A stretch of 32,000 nucleotides of DNA. Origin: Paramicrosporidium saccamoebae KSL3. Lineage: Eukaryota > Fungi > Cryptomycota. The stretch is taken from assembly GCA_002794465.1 (NCBI GenBank), contig MTSL01000129.1, positions 22,780 through 54,779 of the forward strand, written 5' to 3'. Below are positions 10,975 through 20,042 of the stretch, piece by piece. The notes under the pieces were generated by a model. The model did not search any database. It was given only the letters and a program-made list of their open reading frames with translations, and had not been told where the DNA came from. Made by a program: the position numbers and the translations under genes. Position 1 is the stretch's first letter, and every line of letters starts with the position of its first letter.

Positions 10975-12508
10975 ATGCTTTTGCTCATCCTACTATGCTT
11001 CTGCTCGTTCATCAGCTGTTCAGAGTTTCAAGGGCGTTACAGATACGAGCAGCATCCTAAGAGCCAGGAAATAGTACAACAAGCTATTAGAAGTATCCTC
11101 AACTATATTTTTTCTGACTGTAGGGTTTACGTGGAACTACCGGGACCCCGCTGCCAGTGTACAAGCGCTGATCAACATCTACAGCAACGTCTTGCCAGTC
11201 CATCCTCGTGATGGGAGTGATTTGGAGACGCAGAGCCGACTTGAAGCTATCCTTGAGAGACGACTTTGTTTCTTTCGTCACGCCGTAAGCCAAGCAAATC
11301 ACACCGACGTACTGCAGAACAACGAGAGCGTCGCCGAAGCCTTTTTCCAGATGCTGCAAACCATCCTCTTCAGTAATACTGTGGAATTTAGGAAAGAAGT
11401 GGGCCAGAGAAAACGCTCTTATGAAAACGATATTAGTCAAGTCACGGCTCCAGTTGTCGAACTGATCAGGACAATGCTTCGTCTTTGGCCGCACGGGCCG
11501 CTGACAAGACGTTTCTGCACGTCACAGTTTATTATCGCTGCGAGTGGACTACTTCAAAGTCCAATTAGGAGAGAGAGAGAGCTGATTGCGGACATGTTCG
11601 TTGACTTTTTGACTACTTTGGAGCGAGATGGTAGCCCCATGCTGACTGAATATGCGACGTCTCTCCTACAACAGATTGGTTTGGTATTCTATGACGCCAG
11701 TCAGCATCCAGAAGCAGCCACCCGTCGACCCCTGGATTACGTGTTTAAGCTGTACGAGCTTTGCAGACGCCATGTTGCTCCAAAGTTACTAGTGGGCTTT
11801 ATGAAAAACTATCTTGGTCCATATATGAAAAGTGATGCCATGTTAGATTTTCCAGATGAGGTTTTTGGGTTGCTTGTCGGGACAATTGGCAGCAAGCACC
11901 AGAATGGGGATGAGGATGAGATCGAGGAACATATTAGGGGCGCATGGGAAGATGAAATTGAAATAGGGGGCCAGGATACGCGTGAATGTGAAAATGGAAT
12001 TGAAACCCTCGCCTGCGGCATGGAACAGCACTCTTCTGATATACTTGATTTCTTGCTAACTTTGACAATGTTACACCCGGCTGAAGAGCAAGAGAATCTC
12101 ATGTTCATGATCCTCGCAAGCGTAGTCAAGACATGTGCAGTGGCTGATTGCCATTTCCAAAAGTTTATCACGTCCTCCTTCAAGCTGGCCAGATTCACGA
12201 AACATGCAAGCACAACGATAATGGTATTGGACCATCTTTTCAACAAGTTTCCAACCACTAGGCCCAATCCGATGACCATCCAGCGAGGATCCTTTGCCGT
12301 GTTTCTTGACGGCTTCATTTCGTACATCCTTCGCCAAGATCCCACTTCAAATCTCTTCTTTGCCCTCGGAAACGCATGGAGAGAGATGGACCAGAATGGA
12401 GCCATCTCTCTTGCTCAACAATATCACCACAGTGCCGATTCGCCCCTGGGTGAAAGAATCGACGAGGTGAACAACAAGTTGCGAGAGCATCCACCATCAT
12501 CGGAATGA
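10975..12508 (+). CDS. Secreted PP2A B56-like protein, copy g4 (about 500 aa; exons 10975-11092, 11124-12508)
   Basis: Intron 11093-11123 (CTGAC branch). MLLLILLCFCSFISCS-EFQGRYRYEQHP; FIIAASGLLQSPIRRERELI; LGPYMKS; C-terminal IDEVNNKL. Confidence 0.75.
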
Positions 12509-12695
12509 TTCCGTTGACAACTTTTCGGATAATATGGCCAATAAAAACATTATTAGAGATTTAGAGGCTTGGTATTACCTAATCTCTAGTTCATTTATGT
12601 GATATGGCACACGCCAGTGTCACATAATATGCAATTGGGATCTTCGCCAAAGCTGGCCCTGGTTGCGGATTGGTCAGTTTTTCTTAAATTTGCAC

Positions 12696-14321
12696 ATGCA
12701 AATTTTTAGTGTTCTGCTCCTCCTGGTCCCACTCGCAGTTGACTCGGCATTTCAAGGTCGCTTCAGATACGAGCGACATTCTTCCAGTCTCGAGACTGTC
12801 CGCAGGGAACTCAAAGGTACACTAGTTGGTTAACATTGTCTGACGACAGCTTTTTCGTGGAATGGGGAGGACGTTGCTGGGTCCATTACATCCATAATTG
12901 AAATTTACAGCAACGTGCTACCTGTACATCCAGCGGACTCGCGCGATCAGAAGGAGAAGCAGGAGCAGATGGCTGTCATTGATTCGTACCTCAAGGGACG
13001 TGGCCATTTATTCCGAGCCGCAGTAGAGGAAGCCTGGCTCTCAGAAGTTCTGAAAAGTCATCGGTTCGTGGCATATAAATTCTTTGAAATGCTTTGCACA
13101 ATTTTGTTTAGCGATCTCCTAGAGTTTGAAAAAGGATGGGACGGAGGCGTTCAAAGCACACAAGACGTAGATAAAGTGATCAATCCAATTACGTCCATTG
13201 TGAACACGGCGATGGAGAGCTGGCCAGATTCCTATTTGACGAAGCATTTCTGCACACCAAGCTTTGTAGTTGATGCTGCCAAGCTATTGCAGAGCCCAAT
13301 CCAAGAAGAGAGGGCATTGGTGACAGAAATGCTCTGCAGATCACTGAAAAGTTTGGAGGAGCATGAAAGGTCCCCTTTGAAGGAATCAGTAGAAAGTTTG
13401 GAGAAGCATGAGAAGCCCCTTTTGGAGGAATATGCGGAAACGGTCCTGCGACAGATTGGGATGGCATTATATGACGCTACCGAGTTTCCGGGAGAGATTA
13501 GCAAAAGACCGTTGAAACATAGTTTCGACCTGTACAACTGTTGCAAGGCTCGCGTTGCTCCATCACTGTTGGTGAAATTTGTGAAAACGTATCTTATTCC
13601 CTTTTTGCGAAAGCTGCACTGGGTGGAATTCCAAGCTTCTGTGACAACACTGCTTATCATGACATTGAATCACTTGCACCGGGTTGCTAATGATTGTTAC
13701 TCGGTAGCGACGATTGACGTTTGACTTTTAGGATCTTTTTGATTACTTGCTGAATTTGAAGCTGCGACATACTAACGCAAATTTGGAGTGCCACACGTTC
13801 ATGGTCATTGGCCTGGTGGTCGCAAAGTCCATAACTAAAGATGGATACCGGGAAAAATTCATAGTATCCGCTCTTTCTCTTCTAAAATTGACCTCACATG
13901 TTACCGTAAGATCTCTACAGCGTTACTGACCTTCCAGACCAAGGTGACAATCTTATCCGTCTTTAAAGATTACTATCCAAAAGCCAGCCCATCCATATCA
14001 GCCATGAGGCTGCCCTCCTATTCGGTCTTCTTTACTGGGTTTGTTGACTGGATCTTAAACGAGGATCTAGCCGATAGTAGAGTACACAAGAGCGTTTACA
14101 ATTGCTGGAAAGAAATGATTGATACTCAGACCGTCAATATAGCCTGGGAATTAACCCGGGTGCCCATCGACCATATCAATAGCGTGAATGCAAAGCTGGG
14201 AATCATTGATCTACCTCCTGATTCTTCTTCAAATGAAGAATTTGAGAGCAACGATACTAGCGATAATGCTTCATCGAACAATGATAAAAGTTTGGGTAGC
14301 AATGATCCTGGCTTGATTTAA
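12696..14321 (+). CDS. Secreted PP2A B56-like protein, copy g5 (about 510 aa; exons 12696-12816, 12850-13703, 13732-13905, 13938-14321)
   Basis: Introns 12817-12849, 13704-13731, 13906-13937. MQIFSVLLLLVPLAVDS-AFQGRFRYERH; closest to g4 (IYSNVLPVHP, LLQSPI..ER); LIPFLRK; INSVNAKL; Ser/Asn/acidic tail. Confidence 0.75.
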
Positions 14322-14647
14322 GCAAATAAAGGGGGCAAAGTTTACAATTATTGTGTAAAGCCGACGTGAGAGTTGTTTTAAATTTTTGTATACAACGAAT
14401 ACAGCCGTGAGGTTATAAAGACTTGGTATCCCCGGTCCGCAGTTATATTATCCCACAACAACAATCGGCTTTGAATACTTGGGCCATTTACAAGTATCAT
14501 GTAAAGTGGATACAATAAACGGCTTAGAGTCGGAATACCAGCGCACACCATGAAATTGCCTGGAAATCAAGGTTGCACCTCCAATAGAAATTGGTCACGT
14601 GCATGGCCGCGGTCATTACGCGCCATTCGGAAATAATCAAACAATTC

Positions 14648-16367
14648 ATGGAATTAGTTATTGTGCGAGTCGGTACCCTTTTAATTTTTCTTGCGTACAT
14701 GTCATTTGCCGGCTAAATCTTAGTGGCCTGGGTTACAGTGTATGCAGCAATTACTACCGCAGTCGATACAGTCCCGAGTTGCATCCGAATTCTCGTCGGA
14801 TAGTGACAAGAAACCTCCAGGAGTTGAGAGAGACAAATTCTCTGAAGCGACTAAAGAGTCTGTTGCAGATTTACCAAACAGTTTTGCCGGCCTATGCGGA
14901 AGACAGGGAGGAGGGAGTACAGGTGTTTAAGGAGCTGGACAGTCGCAATAGTTTCTTTAACAGTTTGACTAGTGACAAAGAACGAATACGGGCCATCCAG
15001 CTGGACGACGAGCTAGGAAGCCTACTATATGACGTAATATACACCATTGTCTTTACCAACCTGCGAGAATTCGACAAAATGGAGGACCGACTCAGCTGTC
15101 GGGATCCCGGACCCCGCTTGGTGTCAATCCCGGTGCTGGATTTAGTCAATCACATTCTTTTGGTCAGTCCGTCAAACTGCATCATTTTTCAACTGCTGAC
15201 TAGTGACAGGTTTATTGTGGCCCTTACGACGCTACTGATCAGCCCAATTTTGGAGGAACGTGTGATGGTGCTGACCACAGCAAGACGCATCATGGCCATG
15301 CTGGCTAGACACAACCTTTGTTTGCGCGACTCTGCCAAAGTACTGCTCACTCAGGTGGGATTGGCGCTGACAGATGTCTCAGTAAAGCCCGAGGTCACGT
15401 TGCGACCAATTCCGCTGTCATTTGAGCTATTGCTCATGACCTTCCGCCAAGCTGATCCGACATTTATAGAGAGTTTCTACGTCAATTATCTGCTGCCATT
15501 CTTGCGTACCTCCTACTTAGAGAAATACCTGCAGGAGTGTTCCATGGCGGTAATGACACTGATAAACTGGCTGGAACAGACAGACCTTCCTCGGGCCAAT
15601 CGATGTCTTTCGAGACTGCTGAAGACGCGATTCGTGCGACGTAAAAATGCCAACTGGGAAGCGTCGATGGTGCAGCTGATTTTCTATACGTCTCGCTGGA
15701 CTCTGAGTGGACAAGCACACATCCTCTTATTGCGTAAAATGTTTCGTGTCGCCGCTGAAACTCCTTATCCACAGGTTCCTTGAGTGGTGATTTAATATTT
15801 GTAGACAAAACTGGTAATTGTGGAACAGCTGGACACGCTATATGTAGGCCAAAAGCAGCTGCCGAATCTCCCTATCGACGCCGTCAACGCACTGGTCACT
15901 GGTGTCTCGGCCATGATCCTTCGTGAAGAATCCTCCACTCCCCTCTTTGAACAATTACGAAGTCTGTGGAACGCGCTGGCACAATCGCATCTCAGTTTTG
16001 TGGGAAAATTTGCTCACGATCAGTACGCAATCGTGGAGATTTAATTTGTAGACTGCTTATTGCAACAAATAACAAGTTGGAGGGTCGGCCAACTGTCGCT
16101 TCAGACTTTGAGATTAATCTAAATTCGCGCTTTGGAGACGTTAGTTTAAATTCGCGCTTTGGAGACAACAATCTAAATTCGAATCTTGAAACCAATCTAG
16201 ATTCGAATTCCGAGTCCGATCCCCACCCGCACTTGGATCCAGATTTCCACTCGCACTTGGAATCAAGTCTCAACTCGCACTTTGATCCAAGTTTCCTATC
16301 CGAGGCCTCATTCAAGCCCCAATCATTGTTCTCAAAGGCAACCACTGAAGAGGGCTTTTCCTTCTAA
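14648..16367 (+). CDS. Secreted PP2A B56-like protein, copy g6 (about 543 aa; exons 14648-14694, 14724-15774, 15805-16022, 16052-16367)
   Basis: Introns 14695-14723, 15775-15804, 16023-16051. MELVIVRVGTLLIFLAGLGYSVCS-NYYRSRYSPELHP; FIVALTTLLISPILEERVM; LLPFLRTSYLEKY; ETPYPQTK (cf. SSPHFQVA); the last exon restores the family motif IATNNKL. Confidence 0.72.
16115..16295 (+). repeat. Coding degenerate repeats in the g6 C-terminal tail
   Basis: aaattcgcgctttggagac twice (LNSRFGD x2), then LNSNLETN, LDSNSESD, LDPDFHSH, LESSLNSH units. Confidence 0.7.
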
Positions 16368-16387
16368 GAATAAATAAATCTCTGTAA

Positions 16388-17671
16388 ATGTTTCTGCAGT
16401 ACTTAGAGAGCTGCTCCGTGGCGTCACTGGACCGATTGTATACGGATACCAACACTTCAGTGACAGTCTACCGTCTACTGCCGGAACTGGCACAGTATAT
16501 GATACGAAGACTGCTGCTGGTGGAAGGACCCACGCCGTTTGAAAGTCTTCGGGCGTTCCATCGACCGGCAACTCGTCATTTGCAGAACCCGGTGATTTTA
16601 CGGCTGAAGCATTTGCAGATTCTGCAGGGTCGCAAAGGAGAGGTGTGGTTGAATGAAGAGTTTCGCCATTCTCTGCTGAGGGCGTTTTCTGGCGACTTGG
16701 AGAATCCCCCAATGCAGCCCGTAGTGGGAACAGACGACCATTGGGAGTCGCTGTTGTACATGTTAGTGACGGGAAGTCGACCGGAACGACTAAAGTTGAC
16801 CCACTTTATGGACGTTTTGGTGGGAGCCGGATTGGCTTCTGAGACGGGCGGTGCAATTACAAACCGCGGCTTCCAATTCTTATTAGAAGATCGTACAACG
16901 CAGCTATGGACACTGCTGGTACAGTATTTTTCAATGGCCGAGGCAGCGGGTTTGGATACTTTCCCCATGGTTACAATGGTCTGTCGGGTGGCCATAGTGC
17001 CAGTGGGATCGATCCTTGAGGCCACCATGGTTAGTGACTTTCTTGTCGAGTTGGGACTCGTTCTTCCTGGTCGATCCAACCAAGTCACCCTATTAGCCGG
17101 TGAATTATTATCTCCTCTAAATGGAAATACGAGCATGATGGTGGGTACGGGGAGAAGTGTAGATGGGGGATTGCCCAACTCGGTTCCCCATTCAGCAAAA
17201 CACTCAAATGGATACATTGTCATTGAGACCAACTACAAAGTATACGCTTACACAACATCACCCTTGCAGATTGCCATTCTCGGACTATTTGTGAGGCTTC
17301 GAGATCGGTTCACCAATATGGTCCATGGACAGTTGACCGGTCCATCAGTTGCCGCTGCCCTTTCCAAAGGCATTACTGCAGCTCAACTGATTGCCTATCT
17401 GCGCAGTCATTTGCACCCGGTAATGCGGGATGAGCAGCTGCCCGCTGTAATTGAAGATCAAGTGCATTTATGGGAACGCGATCGCGAGAGAATACGTAGC
17501 GGCGATGGGTATCTGTATCAGCAGTTTGTCGATGGTACAGCCTTTTCCAAGACTGTAGAGGAGGCCACTCGACTCTCCGCCGTCCTCTATGTGAATTACC
17601 AAAGGAGACTGTTGATTGTCAAGCCCGAAGCACATTCCTCCCTCAAGGCTTTTATCAAAGCCGAGCGATGA
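16388..17671 (+). CDS. TFB2: TFIIH subunit p52/Tfb2 (427 aa)
   Basis: YL..L...LDRLY start, ITNRGFQFLL, GYIVIETNYKVYAYTTSPLQIAILGLF, ITAAQLIAYLRSHLHP, DQVHLWERDRER; intronless. Confidence 0.95.
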   Translation: MFLQYLESCSVASLDRLYTDTNTSVTVYRLLPELAQYMIRRLLLVEGPTPFESLRAFHRPATRHLQNPVILRLKHLQILQGRKGEVWLNEEFRHSLLRAFSGDLENPPMQPVVGTDDHWESLLYMLVTGSRPERLKLTHFMDVLVGAGLASETGGAITNRGFQFLLEDRTTQLWTLLVQYFSMAEAAGLDTFPMVTMVCRVAIVPVGSILEATMVSDFLVELGLVLPGRSNQVTLLAGELLSPLNGNTSMMVGTGRSVDGGLPNSVPHSAKHSNGYIVIETNYKVYAYTTSPLQIAILGLFVRLRDRFTNMVHGQLTGPSVAAALSKGITAAQLIAYLRSHLHPVMRDEQLPAVIEDQVHLWERDRERIRSGDGYLYQQFVDGTAFSKTVEEATRLSAVLYVNYQRRLLIVKPEAHSSLKAFIKAER

Positions 17672-17679
17672 GAACGATA

Positions 17680-17945
17680 GAGGGAATGTCTGTATTAGAA
17701 AGCGGTTCAATCAGTGGAAATGTCTGTACGAGGAAGCGGTTCAATCGATAGAAATTCTTGTAATTTTATATTAGCTATTAAGCAATCCAGCCAGTCGAAG
17801 GAATTGTCCGTAGTTTTATTAACTGTCAAGCAGTTCAGTCAGTCGAAGGAATTGTCTGTAGGTTGATTAACTGTCAAGCAATTCAGTCAGTCGAAGGAAT
17901 TGTCTGTAGGTTTATTAGCTGTTGAGCAATTCAGCCAGTCGATGG
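17680..17945. repeat. Intergenic 48-bp tandem repeat (3.4 good copies plus degenerate upstream copies)
   Basis: Units start at 17782, 17830, 17878 and 17926 (gcaattcagtcagtcgaaggaattgtctgtag...); shorter decayed units at 17702 and 17736. Confidence 0.85.
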
Positions 17946-18090
17946 GAATGATCATTTTGCATTGGGCACCAAGGCAAAGAAGGCATGTACTAGTATACGG
18001 GAACAATAAATAACATAGAGACACTGCAACAGGTGGAATGTAAAAGGACCCATGTACAAGTGAACTCGAGGATTCGCAAAGACGCAACAA

Positions 18091-19934
18091 TTAAATGTCA
18101 AAGTCGTCTAAAGAGGTCATCTCCAAAATATTCGAGTCTTCCATCTCCTCCGGATCAGAGGGCTCGTTCAGAGCAAGATCTCCTTCATCACTTCTTGGAC
18201 GAGGGGTGGGGATTCTCCTGGTCGTCGGGCCTTCAATGGGGTTTAGTGACAAGACGAGCGTGTCAGCAAGCACATGCTCTGTACCGTCAAGTAAGACGGC
18301 CATCTGAACGGCCTGCTCCTCCTCGTACTGGGCAATCAGAGGCCCCACCTCAGCAGCGAGCTCTAGGAGTTTGGGATAAGCTCTGAAGAGGGATTGTCCG
18401 ACTTTGTGGCGAAACCAGAATGCCAATGCCCGGTACAGGCTGTCCTCTACTAATTGGAATGGTGAATTTTTCAGGAGCCAGTTGCACAGCTCTGTCAGAA
18501 TGATTGATAGGACTTGGTCGGATGTGGCCCGGTTTTGATGCAACATTGATGTCCCAGAAAAGGCCTTGACACACATTGAGGAAGTTAGCGCTTTGAAAAA
18601 AGCCTGCCTGGTTCTCTCACTGATCGTGCATTGCACATGTTTCAGCAATTCTTGGTGCATAGATACTTCCTGGCCCAATGGCACCAGCTGAAATGTCCAT
18701 ATTGAAAGGATAAAATGCACCCTTTGAATATCGACCTCAGTATTTAAATAATGAAGGCTTTTGAAGCTGCACCGCAGACACTTGTGGAACATTTCCAGGT
18801 GGAATGGCGTCTCGAGAAACCTTTTTGATAAACGTAAAAAATTGATCGCATAGTGTTTGCCAAATGCAGTGTATCTCGGCGAGGCAATCAAAGGAATGGC
18901 AAACCGAATATAGAGCTGCTGCAATCGATCCCTAATTTGAGGATGGTCCTGGAAATACTCTATCGCCCTATAGCATTATGACAAAACAGACTTTGCTACT
19001 TGGTCAGAATGGCAATCAACCCTCCAATTGGCCGAGCAGAGACTTTTGTGTTTGCCTCTTTTAGATCGTAGAATCCGGCCTGAATCCATGCGATGGAATT
19101 ACTTATAATTTCCTGGACCATTGGCATGACATTATCTCTAGTTGGCTGTGTTGTTAAAATGAGGTCCCCATCTGGTTGCACTGTTTCTCCAGTTTCTCTG
19201 GTTTCTCTGGGTTGTATGGTTTCTCCAGTAGCTTCAGTCTTTTGGATTACATCTTGGTCAGTAACGTTGGCCGCTTTATGTAGAATGGCCAACCATAGTT
19301 TTCGGATCATCTCAGTCTCTTTCGAATCAGGAGTGTGTAGTAATTTTCCTAGAGTGAACAAGAAACTATTTTGGGAGAAATGCCAAAAGAGACGGCTGTT
19401 GAAGGGAGCGGAAATGAGCAAATTCAGCAGGACCTGGTAGCGAGCCTCGAGGAACTTGTTAGCGACGGGCGTTTCACCGCCAAGTTTCTTGGGATCGAAA
19501 AGTCTTTCTTCATAGCCAAGGAGATTGTCTGTCATCAGCTTGACAAATCGCTTCGCAAATTCCTCCTCCTGAGTTACAATGTGGCGTACGTCCTTGGTCC
19601 AAACCCATCCCAGCAGGCACTCGTGCTGTTTGACGACACGCTGCAAAGTGGCCCTTTCTTGCTCCGTCGCATTATGAGGCAGACTGTATGGCAGCACTTT
19701 TTCCAAAAGGTCAAACATAATCCGCACATTTGCCAAATCGGTCCTATGACGGGGGATGAGATGTGCAATGTAATTGTACCACTTGTTCTTTCTGCAAAAC
19801 AACCGTTTGGTCTCCCTAAACGGTTCCAGGGAGGTGGAAAAATGTTGATATTCGAACCGACTGTGGTAAGAGGCAATGCTGAGACGCACAATGAAAAATA
19901 GGCCGTACAATTGACAATACCAACTCCAAGACAT
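18091..19934 (-). CDS. Secreted PP2A B56-like protein, copy g7 (about 591 aa; exons 19934-19780, 19743-19000, 18967-18091)
   Basis: MSWSWYCQLYGLFFIVRLSIA-SYHSRFEYQHF; intron 18968-18999 and a stop-free 36-nt intron 19744-19779, both at the same codon and phase as the two introns of g1; FLFTLGKLLHTPDSKETEMI; AIPLIASP; QEVSMHQEL (cf. KEVMFLNEL); acidic tail. Confidence 0.72.
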
Positions 19935-20042
19935 GGCCACGAACCCCGGACGGTCTGTCCATTGCCCTATTGGATAAATTGGGACGCTTTGTACAGTGAA
20001 CGGATGGACCACCAATATTTATAAGACATTCAGCCTATGGGC

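Noticed and set aside
12555-12590. Imperfect inverted repeat tagagatttag / ctaatctcta after g4
   Set aside because: Short and imperfect; no evidence of a MITE or target-site duplication, and intrinsic terminators are not relevant in a eukaryote.
14599-14723. GTG-started N-terminal extension of the 394-aa ORF
   Set aside because: It reads through the 29-nt intron; the ATG 14648 model gives a signal peptide with the same phase-2 intron as g2 and g3.
17782-17945. TGG and TGA alternate at the same position of the 48-bp repeat on the minus strand (DWLNC / D*LNC), hinting at TGA=Trp recoding
   Set aside because: TFB2, g3, g4 and NSRP1 end in TGA at their expected C-termini, no conserved gene needs TGA read-through, and the repeat is not demonstrably coding.
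19935-20015. 27-aa N-terminal extension of ORF 18996-20015
   Set aside because: Non-ATG start; ATG 19934 begins a signal peptide followed by the family motif.
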